64,000 nt of DNA from Bacillus sp. (in: firmicutes) (GTDB taxonomy: Bacteria; Bacillota; Bacilli; Bacillales; DSM-1321): NCBI GenBank assembly GCA_045576475.1, contig JAZNGP010000006.1, forward strand, positions 1,115 through 65,114, given 5' to 3'. This document shows, in pieces, positions 19,646 to 30,528 of this stretch. Within the stretch, counting starts at the first letter, position 1. Every line of letters starts with the position of its first letter. The position numbers and the translations under genes were made by a program. Under the pieces are notes generated by a model. The model was given only the letters and a program-made list of their open reading frames with translations, made no database searches and was not told where the DNA came from.

Positions 19646-21346
19646 TTATGCCTGCTTGATTTCTTCTTCAAGCTTTTTCTTTTCTTCAGCCACCAAAGTC
19701 CGTCTCAGTATCTTTCCTACCGCTGTCTTCGGGAGTTCACTGCGGAATTCATACTGCCTAGGGATCTTATAAGCTGCGAGGTGTTTACGTGTCAGCTTCT
19801 CTAATTCTTCCTCAGTGACCGTTTTACCTTCTTTAAGGACAATATAGGCTTTCACCGTTTCTCCTCTGTAAGGATCAGGCACCCCTGCAACAACAGCTTC
19901 CTGAATCGCTTCATGTTCGTATAACACTTCTTCGATTTCCCTTGGATAGATATTGAATCCTCCAGCGATGATCATATCTTTCTTGCGGTCCACCACAAAG
20001 AAGTACCCTTTCTCGTCCATATAGCCGAGATCTCCCGTCAGGAACCACCCATCCCTAAAAGCATTTTCTGTGTCTTCCGGTCTGTTCCAGTAGCCCTTCA
20101 TTACTTGCGGACCTTTCACAGCTATTTCGCCGATTTCATTCGCAGGCATCGGTTCACCGGTTTCAGGGGATAAGATGACGGACTCTGTATCCGGCCACGG
20201 AACCCCGATACTTCCTTTAATTCTTTCTTTGTCCCAAAAGAAATTGGCATGCGTAACAGGCGATGTCTCGGTCAATCCGTAGCCCTCCACAAGTTTCCCG
20301 CCGGTCGCTCTTTCGAATTGCTCCTGCAGCTCAACAGGTAATGGGGCTGAACCGCTCATGCAGATATTGATGGATGAGATATCGTATTTTCCCAGCTCCG
20401 GATGGTTAAGCAGCCCGATATACATGGTCGGTGTGCCGGGGAACAAGGTCGGCTTTTGTTTATGGATCGTTTTCAGCATGGATGTATATTCAGGCTTGGG
20501 AAGGAGGATCATCCGATGCCCGTCCATGACGGACAGCACAAGGACAGTGGTCATACCATACACATGGAAAAACGGCAGAACACCCAGAACCGATTCTTCT
20601 CCTTCTTCACATTTATACATCCAAGATTTACACATCGCTGTGTTTGCGAGCAGGTTCTTATGTGTCAGCATGACACCTTTCGGAAATCCGGTCGTGCCTC
20701 CGGTGTACTGCAATAAAGCTAAATCTTCTTCGATGTCTTGGGGGTCCAACTCTATTTCGGACGCAGAGGCTGTTTTCATGATGACGGGGAAGAGATGAAT
20801 CGGACCATCATGCTTCACATTCACGACAATTCCGTACTCTTTCTTTTGAATGAAAGGATAGATGACATTTTTCGGAAAAGGAAGTGCTTCTTTGATGCTC
20901 GTCACGATGATATGCTGCAGGTCTGTTTTGTTTTTCACTGAGGATACTCTAGGAAACAGGATATCCATCGTAACTATGGCTTTTGCTCCAGAGTCTTTCA
21001 TTTGGTACTCGATTTCCCTCTCCATATAAAGAGGATTTGTCTGAACGACGACGCCGCCTGCGAATAGGACGCCAAAAAAACTGATGACCGATTGAGGTGT
21101 ATTCGGCAGCATGATCGCAACTCGGTCCCCTTTATCAATCCCAATGCTCCTCAGATAATTCGCGAATTTCAAAGCGCTTTCATAAATCTCCAAAAAGGTG
21201 TAATCCCTGCCCATGAAGTGGACGGAAGTCTTATAAGGGTATTTGGCAGCTGAATTCTTCAGATAGCTTTGAAGCGGTGCGTCCCCATAATCAAGGGTTG
21301 GCGGTATTTCTTCCGGATACTCTTTCAGCCAGATTCTATCTTCCAC
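19646..21346 (-). CDS. lcfA: Long-chain fatty acid-CoA ligase
   Basis: YTGGTTGFPKG AMP-binding motif, EGYGLTE, and catalytic Lys in KTAVGKILRR; GTG start. Confidence 0.94.
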   Translation of the reverse strand: MEDRIWLKEYPEEIPPTLDYGDAPLQSYLKNSAAKYPYKTSVHFMGRDYTFLEIYESALKFANYLRSIGIDKGDRVAIMLPNTPQSVISFFGVLFAGGVVVQTNPLYMEREIEYQMKDSGAKAIVTMDILFPRVSSVKNKTDLQHIIVTSIKEALPFPKNVIYPFIQKKEYGIVVNVKHDGPIHLFPVIMKTASASEIELDPQDIEEDLALLQYTGGTTGFPKGVMLTHKNLLANTAMCKSWMYKCEEGEESVLGVLPFFHVYGMTTVLVLSVMDGHRMILLPKPEYTSMLKTIHKQKPTLFPGTPTMYIGLLNHPELGKYDISSINICMSGSAPLPVELQEQFERATGGKLVEGYGLTETSPVTHANFFWDKERIKGSIGVPWPDTESVILSPETGEPMPANEIGEIAVKGPQVMKGYWNRPEDTENAFRDGWFLTGDLGYMDEKGYFFVVDRKKDMIIAGGFNIYPREIEEVLYEHEAIQEAVVAGVPDPYRGETVKAYIVLKEGKTVTEEELEKLTRKHLAAYKIPRQYEFRSELPKTAVGKILRRTLVAEEKKKLEEEIKQA

Positions 21347-21546
21347 AGAAAAACCTCCTCTTACATAATTTTCTAATTATTCTCATTTATTATAATACAC
21401 AGGATAGCCGCATACAATTAAGAAATGTCATTTGACCCATTTTCAGGGCAGTTATACAGAGAAAAAAGTAACATTTCTATAAATGATATGTGCTCTATGG
21501 TGAAATATTCTTTGTGACTGAATAATCTAAACCCCATAGGAAAAAT

Positions 21547-21577
21547 AAAAAGCCGCCCGAACCGGACGGCTTCTTTT
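21547..21577. terminator. Hairpin terminator between the small ORF and lcfA
   Basis: AAAAGCCG..CG-aac-CG..CGGC-TTCTTTT with A/T runs on both sides. Confidence 0.6.
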
Positions 21578-21604
21578 GTCGACAATGTTCATTCTTCTGT
21601 TCCA

Positions 21605-21685
21605 TCAAACAACAAGCAGGTATACAATCCCGATCACAACGAAACAAGAAGCGACTGCAATCAGGACCTTAGCCAATGTCTCCAC
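21605..21685 (-). CDS. Unannotated 26-aa single-helix membrane peptide (METLAKVLIAVASCFVVIGIVYLLVV)
   Basis: GTG start 7 nt after AAGGGG, about 20 contiguous hydrophobic residues, terminator downstream. Confidence 0.6.
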   Translation of the reverse strand: METLAKVLIAVASCFVVIGIVYLLVV

Positions 21686-21722
21686 ATCCATTCCCCTTTT
21701 TGACTGCTATGATAGTGTCCTT

Positions 21723-22130
21723 CTATGAAATACCGGCACCGATTATATAGGATAGACCGATGCTGATCACCATCGCGATGAATCCGACGGCCCGGTTATC
21801 TTTACCGATCTCCTCATCCACTTTGAAACCCGGTGTCAGGAACTCAAATATTAAATATCCGGCGACAAGGAGCACAAAACCGTACAGGCACCATATGATC
21901 ATCTCGATGGGACTGTCATGCTGCAGAATGGAATGCCTGAAAATGTTCGCTATCCCGAATAGCTTCCCTCCTGTGGCCATCGCCACCGCCACATTTCCCC
22001 GCTTAATTTCTTCCCAGTTATTGTATTTCGTGACAAGCTCAAATCCCGCAAGGAACACAACCGCACACAAGATAGCTACACTGCAGTATGCTGCGATATA
22101 AACATATTCATTCGTCCAGAAAGCATCCAT
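21723..22130 (-). CDS. yshE: DUF350 membrane protein
   Basis: WEEIKRGNVAVA..GIANI and IxKDNRAVG motifs; synteny after mutS2. Confidence 0.9.
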   Translation of the reverse strand: MDAFWTNEYVYIAAYCSVAILCAVVFLAGFELVTKYNNWEEIKRGNVAVAMATGGKLFGIANIFRHSILQHDSPIEMIIWCLYGFVLLVAGYLIFEFLTPGFKVDEEIGKDNRAVGFIAMVISIGLSYIIGAGIS

Positions 22131-22149
22131 CGTTTTGCTCCTCCAACCG

Positions 22150-24501
22150 TTACTTGAATTCGACGACCGTTACGCCGCTTCCGCCTTCTCCGGCTTCCCC
22201 GAACCTGATTTTCTTGACAGAGCGATGATTCCTCAAATACTCCTGGACTCCTTGTCTTAAGGCGCCGGTGCCTTTTCCGTGGATGATGTTCACTCTCGGA
22301 TATCCCGCCAGCAATGCGTCATCAATATATTTCTCGACCTTAAGCAGGGCGTTGTCGTATCTTTCGCCGCGGAGATCCAGCTCCAGACTCACATGGAAAT
22401 CCTTTCCCTTCACGGTGGCCAGCGGCTTCGTTTCAACCACTATTGGTGCTTGTATGAATTGAAGATCGCTTTCCTTCACTTTCATCTTCATGATGCCGAT
22501 CTGTACAAGCCACTCCTTCCCGGAAACCTTCTCGATCAGATGCCCTTTACCATTCAGGCTCATGACTTTGACCTCATCCCCCGGATTCAGTGTTTGTTCC
22601 TTCTGTATGGCGGCCGGTTTCTTTTTCTTAATGACGGGAGCCGCTTCATTAAGCTTTCTTCTCGCTTCGATCAATTCATGCTCTTTCACATCTGCTTGTT
22701 TGTTCAATCGAAGCTCACGGAGATCCGCAATGATCGTTTCCGCTTCTTCCTTCGCTTTCTCAACCAGTTTCTGCGCCTTCAGCTTCGCCGCTTCCATTTG
22801 TTCGTCTTTCTTGGCGTGGAAGTCGATGACTTCTTTCTGGAGATCCTGATGGAGCTTCTCCGCACTCTTCAGATAATCGGCTGCTTCCTTGCGTTCTTCT
22901 TCGGCCGCTTTCCTGCTCGTTTCCAAAGAAGCGATCATATTCTCCACCTTATTGGTTTCATCACCAATATAGCCTTTCGCATTGTCGATAATCCAAGGCT
23001 GCAAACCAAGCTTGCGGGAGATTTCGAATGCATTGCTTCGTCCAGGAACCCCGATCAACAGTTTGTATGTCGGGCTCAATGTTTCCACATCGAATTCGAC
23101 ACTTGCATTCACGACCCCGTCCCGGTTGTAGCCGTATGCCTTCAGTTCCGGATAATGTGTGGTCGCGATCACCCGGGCCCCGATCCCGTATACTTCGTCT
23201 AGAATGGAGATGGCGAGAGCCGCTCCTTCCTGCGGATCTGTGCCGGCACCCAGTTCATCAAACAGAACGAGTGACCTGTCGTCCACTTGACCGAGGATTT
23301 CCACGATATTGACCATATGGGAAGAAAAAGTACTCAGGCTCTGCTCAATCGACTGCTCATCTCCGATATCAGCGAAAACACGTTCAAATACACTGATTTC
23401 GGAACCGTCAAGCACCGGCAGCTGCAAACCGGCCTGGGCCATTAACGTACATAAACCTACCGTCTTCAGCGTAACTGTCTTACCGCCCGTATTCGGACCA
23501 GTGATGACGATTGCCTGGAAATCTTCCCCGAGGAAGATATCATTGGCGACGACACTGTCACGATCGATCAGCGGATGCCTTGCCTTAATGAGCTTCAGTT
23601 TCCCTTCATTGTTCATCTTCGGTTTCGTCGCTTTCATGCTGCCCGCATATCTAGCTTTCGCGAAGATAAAATCCATTTGGCCAAGCACATATACATTCTG
23701 CTGCACTTCCATCGCATATTCGCCGACCGTCACCGACAGCTGAATCAAAATCCTTTCAATCTCCTGCTGTTCGCTTGCCCTGATTTCCTGAAGGGAATTA
23801 TTCAATGCCACAATCGCTTCCGGCTCTATGAATAATGTCTGGCCGGATGAAGATTGATCATGGATGATCCCTCCGTAGACCCCTTTATATTCTTGCTTCA
23901 CAGGCAGCACAAAACGATCATTCCGGATTGTGATAATACTGTCGGAAAGCATTGTCTGCGCATTAGATGATCGGATCATGCTTTCCAGTTTGTCCCGGAC
24001 TTTGGCTTCATTCGCCCTTAACTGTACACGGAGCGTCCGCAATTTCTCACTGGCCGTATCGAGCACTTCTCCTTGCTCGCCGATGGCATTGGTGATTAAC
24101 TTTTCCAAATCGTGGAGGTCATATAATGATTGGACGAGTCCCGATAGTAAAGGAAGCTCCAAGTCTTCATCAACAAGATCCTCGATGAACCGCTGTAAAG
24201 TTCTTGCTGCACGCAGCGTCGAAGCTGTTTCCTTCAGTTCTGCCGGACTGAGCATTCCGCCGATTTTTGCCCTTTTCGCATGTGCGCCGATATCAAAGAT
24301 TCCTTCCAGGGGCGCATTTCCTTTAAGACGCACCACTGTCGCGCCTTCATCTGTTTCTTCTTGCCATTTCAGGACTTCATTGAAGGAAGTCGAAGGAAAC
24401 AGTTCTTTGATCTTTTTCCGTCCCAGCTGGGAAGCGGCGAACATATATAACTGATCCTTAATTTTATCGAACTCTAGCGCTTTTAATGTTTTATTATTCA
24501 C
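22150..24501 (-). CDS. mutS2: MutS2 endonuclease/ATPase
   Basis: [10 protein letters not shown] Walker [21 protein letters not shown]-terminal Smr domain ([13 protein letters not shown]). Confidence 0.97.
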   Translation of the reverse strand: MNNKTLKALEFDKIKDQLYMFAASQLGRKKIKELFPSTSFNEVLKWQEETDEGATVVRLKGNAPLEGIFDIGAHAKRAKIGGMLSPAELKETASTLRAARTLQRFIEDLVDEDLELPLLSGLVQSLYDLHDLEKLITNAIGEQGEVLDTASEKLRTLRVQLRANEAKVRDKLESMIRSSNAQTMLSDSIITIRNDRFVLPVKQEYKGVYGGIIHDQSSSGQTLFIEPEAIVALNNSLQEIRASEQQEIERILIQLSVTVGEYAMEVQQNVYVLGQMDFIFAKARYAGSMKATKPKMNNEGKLKLIKARHPLIDRDSVVANDIFLGEDFQAIVITGPNTGGKTVTLKTVGLCTLMAQAGLQLPVLDGSEISVFERVFADIGDEQSIEQSLSTFSSHMVNIVEILGQVDDRSLVLFDELGAGTDPQEGAALAISILDEVYGIGARVIATTHYPELKAYGYNRDGVVNASVEFDVETLSPTYKLLIGVPGRSNAFEISRKLGLQPWIIDNAKGYIGDETNKVENMIASLETSRKAAEEERKEAADYLKSAEKLHQDLQKEVIDFHAKKDEQMEAAKLKAQKLVEKAKEEAETIIADLRELRLNKQADVKEHELIEARRKLNEAAPVIKKKKPAAIQKEQTLNPGDEVKVMSLNGKGHLIEKVSGKEWLVQIGIMKMKVKESDLQFIQAPIVVETKPLATVKGKDFHVSLELDLRGERYDNALLKVEKYIDDALLAGYPRVNIIHGKGTGALRQGVQEYLRNHRSVKKIRFGEAGEGGSGVTVVEFK

Positions 24502-24535
24502 GGAGAATAATCCTCCTATTATCCTTAGTCTTTAG

Positions 24536-26254
24536 TCAATTCTTTCGTTGTAAAAAAGCAAGCAGCCCATCGAAGTCTCGGGTATTCAGTACGTTATCCC
24601 GAAGCAGTTTCGCCTTCATGCCGGAAGAGACTCCGATGCTCATATGCTCCAGCATGTCTATACTGTGGGCATCCGTATTGATCACGATTGTGACGCCGGC
24701 TTCCTGTGCTTTCTTCAGATTCTCCAGCGACAGATCCAGACGGTTCGGATTGGCATTCAGCTCAAGTGCCGTTCCTGTCTTTTTCGCCAATTGGATCAGC
24801 ATGTCCATATCCACATCGTATCCGTCACGGCGGCCGATGAGTCTGCCGGTCGGATGCGCTATGATATCCACATGCGGATTCTCGAGTGCATTCTTGAGAC
24901 GCTCCATGATTTTCTCTTGGCTTTGTGAGAAGCTGGAATGAATGCTCGCAATAACGATATCCAAATCCGCAAGCAAATCATCACTGTAATCCAATGAGCC
25001 ATCCGGCAATATATCCATTTCGATGCCCGCAAGGATTTCAATGTCATCATACTTCCTATTATACTCTTTGATCATTCGCATCTGTTCCCTCAATCGTTCT
25101 TCGGTAAGTCCGTTTGCGACTTTCAGATATTTCGAGTGATCCGTAATCGCCATATACTTATATCCTTTTGCCCGGCACGCATCAATCATCTCTTCCAATG
25201 AAAATGCCCCGTCACTCCAGGTTGTATGCATATGCAAGTCTCCTTTGATATCCTCCGGAGACAGGACGCCGGCAAGTGATTCCGCTGCATCCACTTCTGT
25301 ACCGTCTTCCCTTAATTCAGGTGCGATGTATGGAAGGCCGAAATGCGCGAAGAAACTTTCTTCACTTTCAAAAGTCGTTATTTCACCGGTATCGGCATTC
25401 TCCACACCATACTCGCTGATCTTTTCGCCTCGTTCTTTCGCAAGTTGCCGCATCCTGATATTATGATCTTTTGAACCGGTGAAATGATGAAGAGTGGTAA
25501 TGAACGCTTCCGGATGCACCATTCGGAAATCTATGGAAACATCATATCGATAATCCAGAACCAGTGAAACTTTTGTATCTCCGGCACCGGTCACACTTTT
25601 CACATTCGGCAGTGAAAGAAGACTTTCCCTGACTTCAGCCGGATGATTCGTTGCGATGATGAAATCCAAATCTTTGACCGTTTCCCTCATCCTTCTTAAG
25701 CTTCCTGCCCTTGCAAATCGCAGAATATTTGTGTCATTCGCAAGAAAAGCCTCGATCTCAGCTGCAATCGGCAGCACATATGCCAATGGAAGTCTTTCCG
25801 GCCCCGACGCCACATCTTCGATTGCCGCAAGAATCTTCTCTTCCGTCTTGGCCCCAAAGCCGGCAAGCGCTTGCACACGGTTCTCTTCGCATGCTTTCTT
25901 CAATTCTTCCCTATTGGTGATGTTCAATTCTTTGTACAGCTTGGCAATTTTCTTGCCTCCAAGACCGGCAATCTGAAGCAATGGTATTAAGCCTTCCGGA
26001 ACTTCTTTCTGCAGCTCCTCCAACACTTCCGATTTTCCGTTTATCATATAATCCTCGATGACGGCGGCCGTGCCTTTTCCGATACCGGGAAGTTTGGTCA
26101 TATCAGAAATTTCCTTCAGGCTTCTTTGATCTGCTTCCAGACTCGAAGCCGCCTTTCTGAATGCGGATACTTTAAAAGGATTTTCCCCTTTCAGTTCCAT
26201 ATATGTCGCGATCAATTCAAGTAATTTGATGATATCTTTCTTATTGAAAGGCAT
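24536..26254 (-). CDS. polX: DNA polymerase X with PHP exonuclease domain
   Basis: GSLRR..KDLD, HFTGSK..N and PHP motif DLHMHTTWSDG; start moved to ATG 26254. Confidence 0.96.
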   Translation of the reverse strand: MPFNKKDIIKLLELIATYMELKGENPFKVSAFRKAASSLEADQRSLKEISDMTKLPGIGKGTAAVIEDYMINGKSEVLEELQKEVPEGLIPLLQIAGLGGKKIAKLYKELNITNREELKKACEENRVQALAGFGAKTEEKILAAIEDVASGPERLPLAYVLPIAAEIEAFLANDTNILRFARAGSLRRMRETVKDLDFIIATNHPAEVRESLLSLPNVKSVTGAGDTKVSLVLDYRYDVSIDFRMVHPEAFITTLHHFTGSKDHNIRMRQLAKERGEKISEYGVENADTGEITTFESEESFFAHFGLPYIAPELREDGTEVDAAESLAGVLSPEDIKGDLHMHTTWSDGAFSLEEMIDACRAKGYKYMAITDHSKYLKVANGLTEERLREQMRMIKEYNRKYDDIEILAGIEMDILPDGSLDYSDDLLADLDIVIASIHSSFSQSQEKIMERLKNALENPHVDIIAHPTGRLIGRRDGYDVDMDMLIQLAKKTGTALELNANPNRLDLSLENLKKAQEAGVTIVINTDAHSIDMLEHMSIGVSSGMKAKLLRDNVLNTRDFDGLLAFLQRKN

Positions 26255-26344
26255 ATGTATCAGTCCTTCTCTTATTAGGATAGATTTCAAAGCGAATACT
26301 TTATATTTTATAATGCTATGTTGATTGCAAATAACAGAAGCCCC

Positions 26345-26400
26345 AGCAAGGTAAGCGCCCGTTTGCAGCCGAAATCAACATGAATCATCAACAGAGCTTT
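26345..26400. repeat. Truncated copy (D) of the intergenic repeat
   Basis: Reverse complement GATTTCGGCTGCAAACGGGCGCTTAC aligns with the left end of copy A (AATTTACGCTGCGAACGGGCGCTTAC). Confidence 0.6.
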
Positions 26401-26515
26401 TTATAAACATACAACTGTTCTCTCAATAACTCAAGGCAGAGGGTAAAACACAAAAAAACCGGACCAAGCAAGCTGATGCATCATCAACTGTCGGACCAGC
26501 TTTTATTCGCATATA

Positions 26516-27040
26516 TCAGAACCATAACCCTTTCACGAAAGAAGAAAGGAAGGGAGTATGGTTAACGATCAGGTCCGCAAGTACGGAGCCTTCCAGATGC
26601 TTCTGTATCGAAGCGACCGGTACAAGAGCTGCTATATATAACAATATAAATATGATAAGATAATTCTCTAGAAAGCCAAGCAATCCTCCGCCCCATCGGT
26701 TCAACTGTTTTATGATGGGGAACTGGGCGATGAAATCAAGCATCGAGCCAATCAGATGAAAAAGGATTTTCACCCCGGCAAAAATGATGATGAATGCGAT
26801 CGCATTATAGTAAGCTTTATCGAGGCCTGCCGTCCCGAAGAGGGTGCTGACGGAACCTTCTCCACTGCTCGGGAATGGGATCCACAGTTCGAGCTTGGGC
26901 GCAATCGTGTCATAGTAATTGGCGGCTGCGATAAATGCAACCAGAAAACCTGTCATATGTATAAGCTGTAGAATAAAGCCGCGCCGCAATCCAACAGCGA
27001 TTCCGAACAGCAGTATGATTATTAAGATTATGTCGAGCAT
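26516..27040 (-). CDS. yshB: CvpA family membrane protein
   Basis: MLDIIL..GLRRGFI..and LNRWGGGLLG patterns; synteny zapA-yshB-polX. Confidence 0.92.
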   Translation of the reverse strand: MLDIILIIILLFGIAVGLRRGFILQLIHMTGFLVAFIAAANYYDTIAPKLELWIPFPSSGEGSVSTLFGTAGLDKAYYNAIAFIIIFAGVKILFHLIGSMLDFIAQFPIIKQLNRWGGGLLGFLENYLIIFILLYIAALVPVASIQKHLEGSVLADLIVNHTPFLSSFVKGLWF

Positions 27041-27046
27041 GTATTT

Positions 27047-27307
27047 TCATCCCTTACTGTTCTTTTGTTCATACCGCGGCAATTCTATTTCATCTTTTAA
27101 TTTCAGATATTCATGCATTGTATTGACAGCCGTAAGCACAGCTAATCGACTAACATCCAAAGTGGGATTCTTGTCGCTGATTTCGCGCATCTTATCATCC
27201 ACCATCGAGGCAACCAACCGGATATGACTGGCTGATTCCGTGCCGACAATCGTGTATTGTTGACCGTATATATCGACTGTAATTTTTGTTTTCTTATTGT
27301 CTGACAA
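27047..27307 (-). CDS. zapA: Cell division protein ZapA
   Basis: [23 protein letters not shown]; TTG start at 27307 behind GGAGG. Confidence 0.95.
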   Translation of the reverse strand: MSDNKKTKITVDIYGQQYTIVGTESASHIRLVASMVDDKMREISDKNPTLDVSRLAVLTAVNTMHEYLKLKDEIELPRYEQKNSKG

Positions 27308-27465
27308 GGCTTTACCTCCTAATGAAAGAATCCTAATCTCTATAATAACATGAACACTTATTGCGTGAAAGCAAAAAAACAACCACTTGGAAATATATAA
27401 CTTTCGACTGAAAGTGAGAAATATTCTGTATTTATTTCCAAAATACGGTACAAAGGAGAATGAAG

Positions 27466-28422
27466 ATGTCACATACCGTGATCCAAGTCAATCTAAGCGC
27501 CATTCAAGATATGAAGAATCATTATCAAGCTTTTTGTTCCGATAAGGTACCCCCGGGAGGAATTTTCTCTGCAAAAGTCCCATCCTGCACCATCACTGCC
27601 TATAAATCCGGCAAGGTGCTTTTCCAAGGTGCCTCATCAGAAAATGAAGCAGCCAAATGGATGAAACGGAACCCGGGAACGCCTGCCGGGAAACCGGCGA
27701 AAACTGTTTCCAATTCCGTCAAGCAGCATGCCTATTCTCCGCCGGCCAACATCGGTGTCCTCTCCATCATCGGATCGGATGAAGTGGGAACAGGAGATTT
27801 CTTCGGACCGATCACGGTCGCTGCCGTATACGCTGATGCAAAAGCGATTCCCCTTTTGAAGGAGCTCGGCGTAAAGGACTCGAAACATCTGAAGGATCCA
27901 CAAATCATGAAAATAGCTGCTGAACTGAAGCATGCAGTTCCTTTCACATTGCTGGTACTCGACAATGAAAAATACAATAAGATGCAGGAAAAAGGCATGT
28001 CACAAGGAAAAATGAAGGCATATTTACATAATATAGCCATCACTAAGCTTATCGAGAAAATCCAGCCGGCACAAGCGGATGCCGTCTTTATTGACCAATT
28101 CGCGAAACCGGATATATTCTTCAACTACCTGAAGGGCCAGCAAATGTTCTCTGCCGACAAGATTTACTTGAGCACCGGCGCCGAAAGCATGCATGTTGGA
28201 GTGGCAGCCGCTTCCATCCTGGCTCGAGCGGCATTCGTAAAGAAATTCGAAGCATTGAGCGCAGAGGCCGGCTTCACCATTCCGAAAGGCGCCGGACCGG
28301 CAGTAGATAAGGCAGCGGCCAGATTGATCGAGGAAAAAGGGATGGAGAGTCTCCGGAAATTCACCAAACTGCATTTCGCGAACACCGAAAAAGCAAAACG
28401 ACTTTTGTTTAAGAAGAGATAA
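27466..28422 (+). CDS. rnhC: Ribonuclease HIII
   Basis: N-terminal TBP-like domain, [19 protein letters not shown] and AAASILAR motifs. Confidence 0.96.
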   Translation: MSHTVIQVNLSAIQDMKNHYQAFCSDKVPPGGIFSAKVPSCTITAYKSGKVLFQGASSENEAAKWMKRNPGTPAGKPAKTVSNSVKQHAYSPPANIGVLSIIGSDEVGTGDFFGPITVAAVYADAKAIPLLKELGVKDSKHLKDPQIMKIAAELKHAVPFTLLVLDNEKYNKMQEKGMSQGKMKAYLHNIAITKLIEKIQPAQADAVFIDQFAKPDIFFNYLKGQQMFSADKIYLSTGAESMHVGVAAASILARAAFVKKFEALSAEAGFTIPKGAGPAVDKAAARLIEEKGMESLRKFTKLHFANTEKAKRLLFKKR

Positions 28423-28440
28423 TTCTATCGATGATAATAT

Positions 28441-28472
28441 AATGGCTTCGTTTGACGGCAAACGAAGCCATT
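28441..28472. terminator. Bidirectional terminator between rnhC and ggt
   Basis: Perfect 14-bp stem AATGGCTTCGTTTG-acgg-CAAACGAAGCCATT. Confidence 0.85.
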
Positions 28473-28485
28473 TATTAATCAAAGC

Positions 28486-30312
28486 TTAATTCCACCCAAT
28501 CCCTTTCTTCTTTCCTCCTTTATGTTTAAGAGTGACGCCGATTGCTGCTCCGTTTCTCGTTGAATCGGCAACTCCTTTGAATAGACCATTTTCATGATCG
28601 ATGCTTATGCTTTGGACATTGCCTATATTAATTGGATTCTCCCCGAATCTATGTCCCATCGCCTGGAGTTTCTCAAGGGCTGAGGACGGAACACCCTCTT
28701 CAAAGCGGTAGGAGTTTGTGTTATTCGTATAGATACGCGGTTCTTCCACTGCATCCTTCAATTCCATATCATACTCATACACATTGAGAATCGTCTGCAG
28801 CACAGAGGCGATGATGGTTGCTCCTCCCGGTGAGCCGACTGTCAATACCGGCTGCTCATCTTCAAAAACGATCGTCGGTGTCATTGAACTCAACGGTCTT
28901 TTATTCGGCTGGACTTCATTCGCTCCGCCGGGTACCGCATCGAAATCCGTCAATTCATTGTTCAGTACGATTCCATAGCCCGGAACAACAATGCCGCTCC
29001 CGAATAGCTGTTCAATAGTGGTCGTATAGGAAACGACATTTCCCCATTTATCCGTCACGGAAAAATGCGTCGTTTCCCCGTATTTCCGGTCATTCGGCTG
29101 TGCTGCTGCCTCATAATCGGCTGTACCGGTTTCATATTTCCATGGATCACCTGCTTGCGGGTTTTGGTTCATTTCATCCAAGTCAATGAGTGCCTGCCTT
29201 TCTTTTATATAATCATCATGAAGCAGGCCATTAAGCGGAACATTGACAAACTCCGGGTCCCCGGCATATGCCGCCCTGTCTGCATAAGCCAAATGCATTG
29301 TTTCCGCGAGTAAATGATACTTCTCCTTTGATTGTATATCATATTGGGATAAGTCATAATCCTCCAGAATCTTCAACATCTGCAGCAGAAATACTCCTCC
29401 TGAACTTGGAGGAGGCATACTGGCAATCTGGTAGCCTTTGAATTCTCCCCAAATCGGTTCATCCCATGTGACATCGTATTTCTTCAAATCAGCCGCTTCC
29501 ATGGAACCTCCATGCTCCTGCACCGTCTTGGCAATCGCTCTTCCTATTTTTCCTTCATAGAAAACTTCCGTACCTTGCGCGCTGATCAAACGGAATGTCT
29601 TCGCCAAGTCTTTCTGGACCAGTTTATCTCCTTCCTTTAAAGGTTTGCCGTTCTTGAAGAAAATATCTTTGGCAGCTGTCTTCCGAAGGGTTTCTTTATT
29701 GTCCTCAATAGCATCCGCCAGGACGGAATCAATCGGGAAGCCTTTACCGGCCAGTTCAATCGCCGGCTTCATCAGCTGAGCCATCGGCCTTGTTCCCCAT
29801 TTATCCAAGGATGCCTCGAGCCCCTTCAATGTACCCGGCACTCCGACAGCTTTGCCGTCTGTATAGCGTTCATCAAAAGGAATCGGCGTTCCGTCTTCAT
29901 CCAGGAACATACCCGGTTCAGCTCCTGCGGGTGCTCTTTCACGACTGTTGACGATGCTCGTTTCCTTTGTTTCCCCATCATAGACCATCATGAAACCGCC
30001 GCCTCCGATTCCGGACATCATCGGCTCTGTCACATTCAATGCGAATTGGATCGCCACAGCGGCATCAATCGCATTCCCTCCTTTCTTCAGTACATCCGCC
30101 CCGATTTCAGATGCCAGCGGATGTGCCGTTGCCACCATGCCATCCTTCCCTAAATCGACTTCTTTGTATTTACTGTAATCCACTTTCTGTTTCCCGCGAT
30201 GCTCCTGCTTCTTCGGTTCCCCCGCATTTGCGTGTACGCTGAGAGGAACTGTCGCAACGACGAGTAAGATGCTGACCAGTAATGCCACTGTAATTCTGCA
30301 ATATTTGCTCAT
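28486..30312 (-). CDS. ggt: Secreted gamma-glutamyltransferase
   Basis: Sec signal peptide, GGNAIDAA, SGIGGG, nucleophile Thr in ETTHFSV, RPLSSMTP and GSPGG motifs; start ATG 30312 behind GGAGG. Confidence 0.96.
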   Translation of the reverse strand: MSKYCRITVALLVSILLVVATVPLSVHANAGEPKKQEHRGKQKVDYSKYKEVDLGKDGMVATAHPLASEIGADVLKKGGNAIDAAVAIQFALNVTEPMMSGIGGGGFMMVYDGETKETSIVNSRERAPAGAEPGMFLDEDGTPIPFDERYTDGKAVGVPGTLKGLEASLDKWGTRPMAQLMKPAIELAGKGFPIDSVLADAIEDNKETLRKTAAKDIFFKNGKPLKEGDKLVQKDLAKTFRLISAQGTEVFYEGKIGRAIAKTVQEHGGSMEAADLKKYDVTWDEPIWGEFKGYQIASMPPPSSGGVFLLQMLKILEDYDLSQYDIQSKEKYHLLAETMHLAYADRAAYAGDPEFVNVPLNGLLHDDYIKERQALIDLDEMNQNPQAGDPWKYETGTADYEAAAQPNDRKYGETTHFSVTDKWGNVVSYTTTIEQLFGSGIVVPGYGIVLNNELTDFDAVPGGANEVQPNKRPLSSMTPTIVFEDEQPVLTVGSPGGATIIASVLQTILNVYEYDMELKDAVEEPRIYTNNTNSYRFEEGVPSSALEKLQAMGHRFGENPINIGNVQSISIDHENGLFKGVADSTRNGAAIGVTLKHKGGKKKGIGWN

Positions 30313-30528
30313 CCGTCTTTTATCCTCCTTATCATGCATTCATTCTTGAACAATATAAGGAAAAATGTAAGAATATTCAAATAATTACTCTTTCGCTTTA
30401 TTCATTCACATCTTTGGGACTAGGGCATTCCACATTTTTTGATTCCTGCCAGCAAAAAGACATACGCATAATGGACTAATACAAAAAAACTGCCCGCTCC
30501 TCATAGGAACAGGCAGTTTTCAGTTCAC

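Noticed and set aside
22279-23202. 307-aa plus-strand ORF
   Set aside because: Antisense shadow of mutS2
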